64,000 nucleotides of DNA from Magallana gigas (Eukaryota): contig NC_088859.1 of assembly GCF_963853765.1 (NCBI RefSeq), forward strand, positions 25,792,001 to 25,856,000. The letters are read 5' to 3'. Shown piece after piece: positions 1-14,600 of this stretch (position 1 is the stretch's first letter; every line of letters starts with the position of its first letter). Below the pieces are notes generated by a model. The model ran no database searches. It was not told where the DNA came from and saw nothing but the letters and a program-made list of their open reading frames with translations. Position numbers and translations under genes: made by a program.

Positions 1-3000
1 TATTCAAAGAATGATTCTTATTACTTTTATTAAATAATTCCCATAAACTGTTTGATTTAATATTTAATTATTGACACATTATTGTCTTTTGGTATATATG
101 CAAACCCCGCTTGGGCCCCAACAGTGCGTCATTGGCGTCACTGATGAAATGTATTGAACTATACGTTACAAAAAATTGATTCTAAGTGTTATCACAGAAA
201 AAGACATTTGAAAATGTAAATATTTCTACATAAAGCACAAATATTGCAATTACTCTCCAATTAACATATACCTGCCTGCTAATAGTAAAAGACTGGATAT
301 ATATAAAGCAGATATAAAGCAATATACTATATTCTTATAGTTCAGACATATTGCATTTACATAGACGCATAGAACTTCTCTCAAAATAGAAACTGGACCC
401 CAAAAAGCAGCAGAGTATACACACATCTGCACAAGTGAAATCATTTACACAACATCTACTTGTAAGTATAAAATTCGTCCCAGATAATTTGGCCGACAGA
501 AATTGAACATTACAACGCATGAAAAAAAAATCTGTTTTCATTATATTTTCTTCAGAAAAAGCTGCTACGGGTGTATTGTTAATCTTTTATTAAAATCAAT
601 TCATTAGCAGCTTTGAATAACATTTTGATGGTATATATTTGATATTGAAACCGACATTTAAATCTGTTATGAAAAAAAACTTCCAAGAGAAAATATGTAG
701 GGGGAATTTTAAATATTAGTTTTTCTAACCTATAATCATGTCATCAACCTACAACTAATTTGACCGGGGTTAAATCGACATACAATAGATGATAGATCTA
801 GAAAATAACAGAGATATCTCACACTGGCTGAGGGGCAAGTTAGCAAATTCTTCCTTCATTTCATTAAAATGAAAATGATACTGAGTGTGTTAGAGAGAGA
901 TAGAGATATAAAAAATATCTTCAATCAATACTAACCCAATCTATCCTATAACAAAGATTATAATGATTTCTCCTAATTTTACCGTTACACCTCCCATTTT
1001 CCTATTGTGTTGAGTTGTGTACTTCATATTGAGCTTGAACAAAAGTGAATGGTGATTTCCATTCAATATGAATCAAGCATTACATATAATGCTAATTCAT
1101 TTTTAATGGTAGCCTCACCATAGCGACCCCGACTATTATGAACAAAAATAAATGCAGGCAATGTTGAATAAGATGTTTGGTTTTCAATATGTCGTAAATT
1201 ACTTTTTTCTGAGTGTTGTGCGAACAAGGTATTGCAACTGGTGAAAAGTTTTCGAACTCGTCAGCCAGAAAACACTCGATATTGAATGCCATTGATCTAT
1301 GGGTGCCTAACCTCGAGAATATTCGTGTGTTGTTTTTTTTTTTTTTTTACTTTTTTTTATACAATGTAAAAGTGGTTTAAATTTTGTCCTATGCTGATCT
1401 AATCGATAACACGTCGTTTTGAACACTTTAATAGATCAAATTTGTTCACATGTCTATCGCGATAGCAAAAAGCCCGCCGTTGATAATACGTGTTAAAAAT
1501 AGTTATTAAATTCAAATTCAGAAATCTTTGGGAGATCGTACCCTATGTCGCCGTATAGACCTTGATTGCTTTCTATTTGCAGAAACCTGGGTCCTTGTTA
1601 TATATGCCAAACCTGTAATAATGTATATCAATTTTTGTATCAAAGTCCTTCTAAATATAAAACATAATTGCTCGGTAGTTATTGATAGATCGTGAACATC
1701 TGAACTTTTCCCTATGGCAGGTTGATAATTGGGCTATTAGTACACCCATAATTCCTTGTTACTTGAAGACATACAAAGATAAGACCATTCCCTTTGCCTG
1801 TTTTTGAATGAATTTGTTTTTAAATTTCCCACCTGCACCCAAAATGATAAGACAAATAGATCAGTTTGAACACAACCCCTGACCCATTTGTATTTGAAGG
1901 CGTTGCCATTGGCAGTTGATCGAAAATAAGTGCTGAATTGTCATATTGAGTACACATGTACATGGAATGATTGATGTAAAATAGACGACTTTCAAACATT
2001 TCAAAAAATATCTAATCCTTCATATTTCAACCACTTCATGGTCAAGTAAAACCAACACTGTCCGAAGCTGGTTAGTCCATTTAAAAATCATCAATTTAAA
2101 GAATTTCGCACGTAATCACGAATAAGACATTCAATAAATCCTGTTAAAATGTTAAAAGGTATTAAATGTTGGTTTGTTTATAATTTGGTCAACATTAGAT
2201 GAATACAAATTAGGAAGGTGAAGGTTTTCAGAGGTTCCTTTGAAATGAGAAGTGTTAGATTTTCTTTAGATTTGTCACTATTCTAATGACACATTTCTAC
2301 CATGCTGATAAGTAGAAGTTGTTAGAAATAGCCAAGAAAGAGAAACTAATTTTAGTCCACCAGCTAGGAATAATTTATCGAGAGGGGTTTTTCAGTTTAT
2401 AAGAGTGTTTGTTGTTGAAATTTTAAATCATTGAATATTTTTTTAGTGTTGAACATGAACATTGAACATGAGCATGAACATTGCTGTTCACAATAAAAAA
2501 AATATCAAGCTCTGTGGTCAAAAGTGTTTAACAAATGGTGAAAGCGTTTGTATTTCTTGGTGACTGAATAAGACCTTTCAGAAACAACTTTGTCTGTCTG
2601 TCAAAGATATCTGGCACCACTCAATCTGTTAATCTACAGTCATTAACCTTAATTTATAGGGGTTTTTTTCTCTGCATAAGTGTAGGATGAATATCACTTT
2701 TGATGTATTTTACATAATTAATGATCAATTTCAGCCGCAAGGGCCGAAAAAAACCGGCCAAAACACAACCATTATTTGGCCTGGTCGATAAAAGTTATCA
2801 GCATAGCAACGTTAAAGATGACTGTAAAGTTGGATTGATACGATAAGAGATATTGTTATTGTTAAAGTTTATATCCATATAAACTTTTAGCAGTTATATT
2901 GGTCAAACAATTGCCCGACATAGTGGTCGAACTAAGAGGAAGACTCCAAATATGTCCTTGTTGTGAAAACAGTGTTAAATCGTATTAATTTCAAGAACAA

Positions 3001-4798
3001 TATTTGGACCCCAAAGAGCAAAGCAAACACGTTTAACAGGCTCTTGAAAGAAGAAGTATGTCAAAACGGCGAAGAGCAATAAACGAATTGTAAACAGAGA
3101 GATTTTACCAGCATAGTAACCAGCGAACCACAGTCATTTTTATTTTACAAATAATAGAATTCCATCGATCAGAAAGAGCTTATTTTCATTTAGATTTCTG
3201 TTTCGCTTTTAGACGTATATAACAGATCACCGGTTTAAAAAAAAAAGCATGCCATGAAAACATACAAGTAAACAATTAAGAATGCATTAGGACTACACAT
3301 AGTCAACAACTAAAGGGTTTTATGGAATGAAAGAGAACAATGGAGAGGGATCGGGTATCAGAGGGTACGCCATGAAATGCAAAGGCTTTGAACAATAGTT
3401 GCAGTATAAAGACAATGAAGAAGAAGAATCCATAGTTCCATAATCATTCAAACGATATAGTTAGCAGTCTGTTTTACTAACAACTAAAAAAAACACACAC
3501 AAAAAAAATCCATTCCTCCCCCATTAAAACATAATGGATAAGTTGATTGGTTACTTTTTTCATGCAGTTATTGCTAATAAGTTTACAAACGACGAGTCGC
3601 ATGCGGAATAGAACTCACCAAACGCGCCTTTTCATCTAGGATATAATTCTGTAACATATATACGCTTAAAAAATTGCAGCATATGAATCATATCAATAAA
3701 TATATTTAAAATGTCATGAAAATGTTTGAATTCTTTAAACATGGACCAAGAATTGGAGAAACCTGTCGCGCGGATCGATATCTCATTAGAAGTTAATAGA
3801 AACCAACCTTTTTCGTTTCATTTACTGACTTGGCGGGCGTTAGAGCTTTTTCCCCGGGGGTGGGCCAAGTCGCAGTGGAACCGAACTTGGTTTGACTTTT
3901 TTGGCCCGCGTCCTCCGGCCAAACCCATGCCATGGCGGCGAGATTCCAATCACTTACACAGCAAGAAACCCTCCTTTTTTCACAGAGCTTCTTCCTTGCC
4001 CAAAGACAGCCTCTAAGATTTAAATCCCTTTAAAAACAGTGCCAATAGCAACTACCTCAATCTGGGGATACACCGTTCTCTAATAGCATATTAGTACGGC
4101 GAGCAAATACAAATTGACAGCTCGATAAACAAGATCCCAGGTCGCTCAATTCCTTCTGAGGCCTTTGTCGGTTTGAAACGAAAGGAAGGCATCGACAGAT
4201 ATTTCAAAAACGACGTCTATATACTTTCTCAGATACTCCAGACCTATTCAATTCCATGGTGTTTAGATCGATGTTTTTTGGCAATTTGCTGGTATTGATC
4301 GGTAAATAGCCATACACATGCATCTTGAAGATGATCTGATTTCTTTGAATCGCAAAGAAATCGCCTTGAAAGACAGGGATTTGGAGCATAGGTTTGAAGA
4401 ATAAGACAGGTACACTCAATAGAGAAAAGAGAAAGGTAGTTTAGGAAAGGCTTTTTGAAAATGCCATATGAACATTTGCCAAAACTAAAGGAAAGAATTT
4501 TCTGATGAATTTTAAATACATTATATAGCTTATTGTCTATTATCAATGACACCTTTAAATTTATTTCGGTTTCTAAGCATCTGAAATTTAAAAAAATATG
4601 TGTATACCTTGATGAATATTATCAAGGTTATGATTGCAATTTCTCTTTTTTCAAATTGTGACATTGTCCGCTGTTGTCCATGCATGACATTCCCAACCAA
4701 CATTGTTTCAGTTTAACACTTCTGTAATCTATTAGTAAAAGACTCACTAGACCTCTTTATTCTAACATAATTTTTAATGCATAGATGTACTATTCATT

Positions 4799-4802
<4 letters not shown>

Positions 4803-4876
<74 letters not shown>
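4803..4876. repeat. (GA)n microsatellite; similar tracts at 11851-11906, 40737-40798, 51811-51846, 53515-53549, 59216-59284 and 60493-60543
   Basis: Directly visible. Confidence 0.98.
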
Positions 4877-7800
4877 GGGGTGGCAGGCAGAGTTTGCTTT
4901 TCTTCTGAAATTATAAAATGATTATGATGGTTTAGAAAAGGACGGGTCCTGAAATATTCATAAGGAAACTCTTTTTATTGAAATCAAATCCCCATAATGT
5001 GTGTCCTTTTAAATCTATTTCACTTATATATTAGAAAAATTGCACTTTCATTGCGGCATCCACGATTTTTCATTGGCGTCATTATGAAGAATCCTCGACA
5101 TTCAATGCAGTTTAAGCTATGGGGTTAAACCTATATAATACCATTTACCGACTGAATGAATTTGTAATGGTTATGTTCACATTAGTAATAGTTTTCTGAT
5201 AAAAGCCCATGTACAAACACCATAAAGTAAAACTCTCTATCTCTTTACATTAAATGCAAATTATTCGACGCTAAAAAGGAAGTTAATAGAATCCACTACA
5301 ATTATAGAATTTTTGATTTCTATATATCGTAAACTTTTCAATGGCGTGCATTAAATCAGGAAAGAATTATTAAGATCAAGACATATCTTCATTATACTGA
5401 GTACACATTCAATTTGTTTTTTAACATATGTTCCGCAGACATTTAAAAACACGGAGATTGAAGGCAGACAGTAGATCATACATGAAATACTAGTAGATGA
5501 TTTAAAGGTACTCTAAGATCTAGATCAAAACCCGTGTCTTACGTAAATATCTTCAACACCACCCATCCCCCCATAACTTTTTTGCTTGATAGTTTATCTT
5601 TATTACAGAAACAGGAGGGAGTGAGATAACTAGATTGTTATCGTAGAATCGATTTTTTCCCTAAAAAATTTAAAACCAAATATCATTCAGAAATAATTGA
5701 ATCTTTTTCTCTTTTCTTGACCGTCACATTCTTAAACGACAGGATCTTAAATAAGAAAATCAAAGATCACGGAAATAACATAAAAGCAGAACAAGTGTTT
5801 GATAGATTTTCCAAATGCCATAAAATGACATAATTTGCCCAGATAACGACATCAAAGTTCACCTTTTGACGAGATTTTTGCCGGAGACCAAGCTGTGCAT
5901 ATTTAAAGGGGGAACAGGCCTATGCAGGTTGGACCACTCGAGGCGAAATCCGATTCAAACCCGTGTAAAGTATCACGGTACTCTTCCTTATTACATGGCA
6001 TGTGTCGTTTACAAAAACGCACGGATGATTATTTCATTTAATGACTCCGAAATCTGTTTTTGGCAAAATATGGAATGTGTCGTTCTTACATACTTGAATA
6101 AGATTGGTGTGTTGTAAAAGGAAAGCACTTAAGAAAAACCCTGTAATTAAGACATTTGAGATAAATTTCGGTGTCAGGGGGTGGTAGATAAAATATACCG
6201 GAATAAATGTAAACCACATTGGGGGGTACTAGTGTAGACACAATGATTGGCACAGAAAAAAACACGAGGAAAGGCTGTCCTTTTAATCAATGTAATACGA
6301 TACCCTAAGATTGGCTTTCATTTAACTGAAGCAGTTGCTATATATTTCAACTAGGTGCAAGCAAAAGTTTTTGAATTGATCTAACTAATGCTTCCTGTTT
6401 CGAAGACGAATCTTTTTTTTATCCAACCATTATCGTATTTGTTCCTATTCTCGCCTGGCTGGGTGTACAAATACTTTCTACATGCAACATTCATACGGTA
6501 CATTTTAAAGGCACGCTCCGATTGTTGTCCAAACATTCCATGTTTTCTTTTCAAATGAGCATTTGAGAGACATCCAATACTTAAAGTTATTCTACTTTTG
6601 TAGGACATGGTCACCTGTTGGATATGACTAATTCAATCATATCAGATGAATCTAATTTTTCGCTTTTTGATAAGTGAAAAGGGGGTAATTTATCACGTCA
6701 AGAATCCCAGAATCCCTAGAGATTAATCACTAAATTTTGTGACACGAGAAAGTAAATCCCCAAAGAAGAACCCTAAGATGTGGACAAAAGGGTAGAAAGT
6801 CCCGAAAAGAAGAAACACGTATATCCAGGTAAGTGGTCGGGTAAAATACTTACACAGGTGTAATTAAATAGTGAGGGTTTACTTTTACCCACTTAGACTA
6901 GAACTCAAGAGGACAGGAGATCCCATCGTTCCTCCCCCAAGGCTACCTTTCAACCACCTTACCAACATATCCTCCCCCGAACAACAAAATTCCATGCAAT
7001 ACTCATAATACAAATGTACAGCTATTAATAGAATCGATATTGCAACGATATAATGCCGTGTTACGATGGACAGAGAATCTTTTGGGGACATTCCAGAAAC
7101 CCTGGAAGTTTCCATTTCTTATACAGAATTGTCGATTACGGATGCCTATTTCGAGGAGATCGCAATTCGGTATCGTGCAGAAACAGATGGTGGTCCTGAT
7201 CATCTAGCAGTCTGATACCCTTATAACTTTATCGAAAAAAAAAATTATGCATCCATAAAATTTTGTCATTAAATGTCTTTTGTCAATAAAGCCGACATTA
7301 AATCTAAACATGATTACAAGTTCATGAATAAATGACACTTAAAAGTTTTTTTTATAATGAAAAAAATTGGTTATTGAAGTTTTGTAATGGGAATCAAGTT
7401 GTTTAGTTTAATTGACAAACGCGTTAACAACCAAGTAAGGGCAACCGTGTTCAATATAAGCGTTGCCAATAAACAGGTTGTTAAACATATGGTATAGGTT
7501 TATGACGATAGTTTTGCCGTGTTACGTTACTGTTTATAGAGAAAAGTCATCGACGGGTCAGTTGTGGACGACTGCTGAAATCATCCCGGTTTAAATAAAA
7601 TAGACAAAAGCCGCTACATATTGTAAGTTTATGAAGATAATTTTGCCGTACTTCGTTACTGTCCGTTGCATGAGAAAGAAAATCATCTTTGGATGAATCC
7701 ATCTGCATATCTTAAATAATTAAATGTCGAAGAAAAGCAGCTATATGAATTGGGCGCCTGCTAAAAGTCCCAGACCAAACTTAAAAGTCACCAGCTAGAA

Positions 7801-10800
7801 ATATCTATGTTGTATGATGATAAAAACGTTTGTAGGTATGTTCAGAAAGATAATTGCGTTGTGCGTGAAAAGTGAATGTCAACAGTGAATAGATGATTAG
7901 AAAGGAATCTAATTTCATGTAAGATTATCTCTCATGGTAAATAGCAAAACGTTCTCAAATACCATTCACCATCTTTGCCATTTACTCAAGAGAGCATTTT
8001 TTTTTACCGATATGGAATAACTAGACTGACCCCGAAAGACTTGAGTAAAGCGAAAACTTAGACAGGAAGTGACGTTCTGGTTCTCATATCTTAACATACA
8101 AACTTTTATTGAGAATACATTGAACATACAACTATCGTCTGAGATTAATTGCTCTCATAATCAAAGCGAGTAATGAAAATTGGGAGATCATATTGTGAGA
8201 TGAAAAAAAAAGTTAAAATTCAATTAATTTTCAATTGGCATTTCTGAACACCTCTGAGATTTTCATGCGCAATTGAACTTTATGTTTTGCAAAATCCTTT
8301 GTATTGGTCCTTTTTTATTCTAAATGATATTAGGATTCAAGTGTGTATCATGTTTTCTTAAAAAGCAGATTACGATCTATATTTCAACACTGTTAGTAGG
8401 TCGGTGCCCCCAGAAGCATAGGTGAGTCTTTTAATCGCTAATCCCCAACATTGAAAACGCAAAACACAGAATGATTTGCCATTCAACGAGACCTTAAGCG
8501 AATCTGTGCGTTCTTCAGATGCGCTGCTTTGTTTTTACACTTTGATGACATTTATTATAAATAATTCTCTTTATGACGACCATCAAGTTTTACCTGCAAG
8601 AAATGGTTAAACGAATAAAGGATTTATGCAACCCCCAAGCGTCATTTTCTATGCATTAACTTCTACGTTATGCATCCAATTCTTGTAAATTGCTTTTTAT
8701 TTCAAGCTTTTTTAATAATTTAGTATGGGAATCGTTTTCTTTGACGGCTTAGATAAAGAATTTAAAATATGTAAGGCATATCAAATGATGACGAATATAA
8801 AAATCAAGATATTGATCAATCTCTCTATTTTTGGTCTCTCTCTTCTGACATTCGGAATTTCTTTGTAAAAAAAAAAAAGTGTTGAATTATGCAACCTTCA
8901 TCCACAAGCGTCAACGCAGCCATTTGCAATTCACATGTCATACTCGAAGAGAAATTTATTAGTCCGATTATTGTGACTTTCCTAAGTCAGGGAATACCTA
9001 ACCAGAAGTGGAATAACCTGCACGACCCATAAAAGTGCAGTAATACATGTACTTATGTAGTTGTGTACTTAACAGTCTTGCATGCCAAAAAACCTTATGC
9101 CTCGAAACAGTTAAAGAAACTATAAATTATGTACAATGTCTACACTCGTCCTGTTCTTCATTATAGGAAACGGGTCGTATTGCAAAATTTCACCATCGTT
9201 TCGCAAAACTGACAATATTATCTTTTGAATCTCCGAATCATGATCAGTTTATTAGTATTTCATTTAAATTCATTTTTGTTTTCTATCGATTTCATTCGTT
9301 AAATACTCGAACTGCCAATAGTACAGATGGATCGCGTTCTCCGAATTGAGCAAACACAATTGCACTATTTGCCTCCACAAAAGCTATAGATCCCCACACT
9401 ATTTTCCCAACATCTCTTATTGTTATGGCGAGATCTAGAATGAACCGAATTATACACATCACAATGGCACTGATAATATATTTTCTGATGTGCTCAATTT
9501 ACCAAAGAGCACTTCTAGTTGTGAATAAATTTTATTCTTTGAAACGCAACAAAAAATGCAACAAAAGTGCACAATCACTGTTAAACTGAAAAGACGAACA
9601 ACTTCAGCGGACCACTACAACATAGTGCAAATGTACCTCACAAGGTTAACTAGATTCAAAACGTCATGGGTGTAAAGACGGGGGTCTAAGAAATTAAAGC
9701 TTCACGCCAAAGAATGCCGGTAGATTTCATGTCTTCTACTCGCTGGATGTCTCTAAAAGTGCGTTTGGATTACAGGTGGAAGACAACTACCTTTCTGACC
9801 CGACATTTATTCTCTACTCACCTTGCTTTGCGACAACCATGTGCGTCACTGAGATGTTGTTTTATAACGTCTAATCGATACTTTACGGGTAAAAATTGTC
9901 CACCTGGAGGTATCTATATATCAATGTATTACCTCTAATTTAAACCAAAGGCAGGACTCTACTAAAGCCGGTACACCTATCGGCCTTCAGAACTGGATGT
10001 CATCTGCTAATTTCATAAATCTTAAATCCAAAAACAAGTACAAGATCGACCGAAATTAGTTTTTCATGCTAAGGAAGACTTTTAAAAGAAACTTTTGTAT
10101 GCGGAGTTATATATTTATTGTTTTTTAGATCAAAAAATATATCCACACATGTACCTTCAATGCAAATCAGGTGATAGACAACAAGAATTAACCTGATCTA
10201 CTTTTGAAACTAACTTTCTTAGACGATGCACCTTGGATGTACTTTTGGTATGGGAGGGGTTTAAAAGTAAAAAACAAAAAAAAAAGACCAAGCTTTATAG
10301 CCCACTAAGATCATAGCAATTGATGGTCTGTTTCAGAGCATCAATAAATGTCTTTTATAGTAGGTGTTCCTTCCTACTCAACGAAAAACTAATTTGCTCT
10401 CAGAAAGTCGCACTACAGTGTTATATCATTGCCTGTGTAGCCGCTGATGATTATTAAATGTATGTTACGCATTGATAAGTAAACTGTATAAAATGTATGT
10501 GTCTCTTCCTTTCTGGACAAATCGCATTATTCAAAAAGTCATGATCACAAAAAAATGCTTGTAATAGAAAACACTAAACCAGCCAGTAATCATATAGAAT
10601 CGGAACAAAAAAGTGGGCTACTTATTAAATATGCTTCATTGAACTGCCAATAATGTATCGTAATTGTACAGTATTTACACAGGCTTTATTATTATTAAAA
10701 AATAATATTTGACTACGGCTTGTTTAGCAATCTCATTACTGGAGCTCGGGGACAAAGTCACACGTGCAAGGAATGGCTAGAAATGTTTTTAGTTTTCGAT

Positions 10801-11847
10801 TCTAAATCCATACACAACTACTACAAAATCCAAAAGAAAAAATTGTGAACCTTGAAAACAAGTCAATAGGACATTCCTAAAAGGAGTTGTAGTTTTTTAA
10901 AATAAACATTGGTAAATACTGAGTGTTCTCTTTGCTACGGTTTATTCACACTGTATACATTTTTCTTTGTGTTCCATTCAGAAAAATAAGCTAAAGAAAC
11001 GCTCTGATTAAAGTGTTTTATCGGATTTGTTTGATTTTTTTTCTCTTCGAAATATAAATAGGAAGTATAGAGTGGTTGATTTGCTAAAAAAAATCTTGTT
11101 TAATATGTATGTTGGTATTATTACCCATACATTGATTGAAATAGGGCAAACCCTGTATTTTAAATGATAACACTTAAAATATTAAAACTTTGTCCCCCCC
11201 ACGTGATTTTAAACAAGAATTAATGGCCACATAAAAGAATTTCCATCGCGGAATTGACCAAAATCTAGAACAGATATATCGAATGAGGAAAATCATACAA
11301 ATCTATTCACAGTGTTCACCTTTTTTGAAATTTTCTAATGACTTCCATGCATCTCATTTTAAACAAAAAATCTAAGATTTACCGCGTCGAAAATCGAAAT
11401 TCTTTGCAAACGCATTAAGACGGCGTTCGAAAAATCTCGTAGCCGTTATAGCTTATTATTAGGGTAGATTATGCCCGTCTTTTCATTCGACTTCAAAAAC
11501 TAATTTTAATTACAGATTCGTAAATCTTCAGGCAAAAGATATAAACAGTGACGTTTATGAGAAATTATACTGTCAATTTGACGGTCGCGTTTCTGTAGTC
11601 TACCCTTTACCAATACAAAGAGGCATGTTTATTTTCACATATTTCTCCCAGCAATAACCGCTGATGATTTGTGGCTAATTTGATACAGATATCTCTTGAC
11701 TTCCGTCGCATCTACCCCTTTTGCATATTAGTCTATGCGCCAAGATCAAAAGATCTGTCCTTAGTTAACTCTTGGTAACCATTGAATATTTAAAGAAGGA
11801 AATGGTTTATGTACAATCTCTTTAACTGTATCAAGTTAAAATACACA

Positions 11848-11909
<62 letters not shown>

Positions 11910-14089
11910 CCAAATACCTGAATACAGCGAGTTGGAATACTTCGATTCATCAAAATACATAATATATGCTTCCATTAACTTCGAATCTATTTTTAACTGT
12001 AATGATTCAAGAAGCATGTTATTTTGAATTTCAGTGAAGTGTTAAAAAATGACCCACATCTACAACTCATGTCAAATACAAGAAAGGACAAGAAAGGGCA
12101 GAAATTGTGAAGGTACTTTCCACCCATAATTGATGCTCTTTTCTTTCCAATTTCTATGACTCCTACTTAATCACCTGTGATATTCATAATTAAATAGCCT
12201 TGAAATAGACAAAGCGTACTGTTTTGTAAATAGGAACGACACATTATGTAATTGACATGTCTTTTGCCTGACAACAAGACTTCCAACCATTAGTTTTTCA
12301 TTCAACATAACAGAATACTTTACGGTCGGGTCATTCTTGTGTTCAGTTCTTATCAGTGAGCCATCTTTGAATGTTTTCCTTTCCACTTATACTTTGGAAA
12401 AAAAAAAGGTTGTATTCTTTTTTTTTTATTCAATGATGATATAGACTAAGGACAGATATCACCCATCGCCCATCAACCCCCCCCCCCCCAAAAAAAAAAA
12501 GAAAAAAGAGAAAACTTGTTTCAGGGACCATAACTCGGAAACCAAATAACGGTAACTTTTATTATTCACTCATTCTTTGTTTTATTTATAGGATTTAAAG
12601 TGAGGTATTACACTAAATCCTGTGTATCCTTAAAAGAGATTGGCCATTAAGTTCCCTGCTTGGTTTGTCCTTCTTAAAAGTTACACACGGTCTGTCTGAA
12701 AACAAATACTGGAATAGCAGACCCCGTGTTATTGTTTGCGCCTTCTATTGTTCGCATATGTGTAAAAGTTTGTTAGTCAATTAGATACAAGAAAATTTTT
12801 CAAGTGGAAAAGGTTCAGGTTTGTTTTCATTGTTCAAGACCAGAATGAAAATAGCTTTATGGAATATTAAATATGTCACGAAACTTTCTCTCACTCTTTT
12901 CTCTCTATCTCAGATATTGATTTTACAATGTCAATATTCAATTAATATGATTGTAGGTCTTATATGGTGTTTATTAAAATGTCAATCAATTTTAAGTTGA
13001 TGAAATGTTATTGTTAAGTCTTAAATCCTTGATAATCTGCTAAAAATCGAATTCCTTTAAAAAAGATTATTTCACAGTGCATGCCAATAGTGTTCAATTC
13101 TACTACAGAACAAAAATTATCAGACATATTTATTGAGAAAAGCTAAACATACACAAAACTAGTATACATAACTACTTCTATTTTATTAAACGTCAAACGC
13201 CATCAAAAAAGGTTTATACAACGAAAAGTTTGATACAAGTTTACGTATTCGAAAAAAAACACGATTAAGTCAGAAATATAAACCCAAAATCTTCGAAAAC
13301 CGACATCCTAAAATCGTAACAATTATTGAGTGATCCACAAAAAGCTTCTTTAGGAGTAAGAACTATCAATGTTAAGACAATATAAAAACCGTATATTTAA
13401 GAAAAGGTTCCTATCTTCCATTTTTCGCAAACGATTAGATAAACAGAAGAACATTTCAAAGTGTATACTATCTTTACTATCCCATATCGGCTTCAATGCA
13501 CCTTATCCAAAGAACAAAGAATCCCCATTGTGACAAAACTACTATATAACAATCCATAAATTACTCTGCAGTGTTGGGAAAAGAAAATATGTATTCAGTA
13601 TGAGAGATAGAGAGAAAGGGCGAGGGAGATAATTCCAAGACCCCCCCCCCCTTCCCCAACCAACAGCAATTTCATTTATATTCAAAATAATAAATGACTT
13701 CAAACGTTCACTAAGAAACAAATAGAATCCCGATAGATAAATTTAATCTGCTTTCAATGGTTGCCTATGGTAGAAGGAATACAGTTTTAAATTACAAAAA
13801 AAAATCAAATCAGAGATGATAAAAACGAAATCGATAAGGTGTTCTGAACTTTGATGACCCCGGCTCCGTTATTAACGAGGATCAAAAGCATTCGACATGC
13901 ACAATCGTTTATACACTATTGCCCATAGAGATCTAAGGATGCCAGGCCCGGCAAACAGTTGCGCCTATCAACCGATCGCAGTAGGCAACAGGAGCCATCG
14001 ATGTCAAAAGGCGAGAGTCTATAAGTCATTCATGGTCCAACATAGCACTGACTTAACAGATATTACCCCCTTATCGACAGGCTCTGAAG

Positions 14090-14600
14090 TAGGTCACTTA
14101 ATAATATATAATAAGTTCCCCAGTCTCATCAAATACGATAATGACTTCTTTAAAAACCTTCCGAGTAAACATTCTTCAGGTGTGAACTGTATTCGAGGAC
14201 TCGGGACAAATATATCTCCAAAATCGTATATCATTTCCACACCACAAAACCAAACAAAGGCCGTGCAAGCTATCCCCCGTAACAATATATCTTTGAATCT
14301 TCTCCTCGTATTTTATTTTCCGATTTAAATTTCCATTTCTTTCTTGCAAGTGTCGATTGACGCTTAACAAAAAACGGAAATCCGCAAGACCATGCGTTAT
14401 ACTGATTGACAAAAAAATTCCCCCCGGATAAGCCGTATCTCTGTTTATCCAAAGCATTAGGGAAATGTGGAGCCTACGCGGTGCAAAGTGCTTCATTGTC
14501 CGGTTCCAATGGATTAAAGTATAAATGGTGCATGTTATTTTTTTCATTATACACCTGGAGAACGACAGGTAGCAAGACCTCGATCTCCAATTCTCTAAGC
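14090..14600 (-). mobile_element. Possible degraded LINE 3' end (zf-RVT-like)
   Basis: Frame-broken peptides such as DSLHGLCLVLWCGNDIRFWRYI and FTPEECLLG loosely resemble the ETLxHLFWxCxxVxxFW...xILLG pattern. Weak. Confidence 0.25.

Noticed and set aside
2890-2940. YIGQT peptide suggesting a Penelope GIY-YIG endonuclease
   Set aside because: The upstream GIY half and the downstream R..EH motif are absent, and the flanking frames are closed.
6890-7210. Moderately GC-rich patch with a 49-aa plus-strand ORF (MDRESFGDIPETLEV...)
   Set aside because: No recognisable homology or convincing splice sites. It may be a TE or viral fragment, but I cannot support a call.
11790-12027. ER-repeat and LS-repeat ORFs (also 60402-60623)
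   Set aside because: Products of (GA)n microsatellites.
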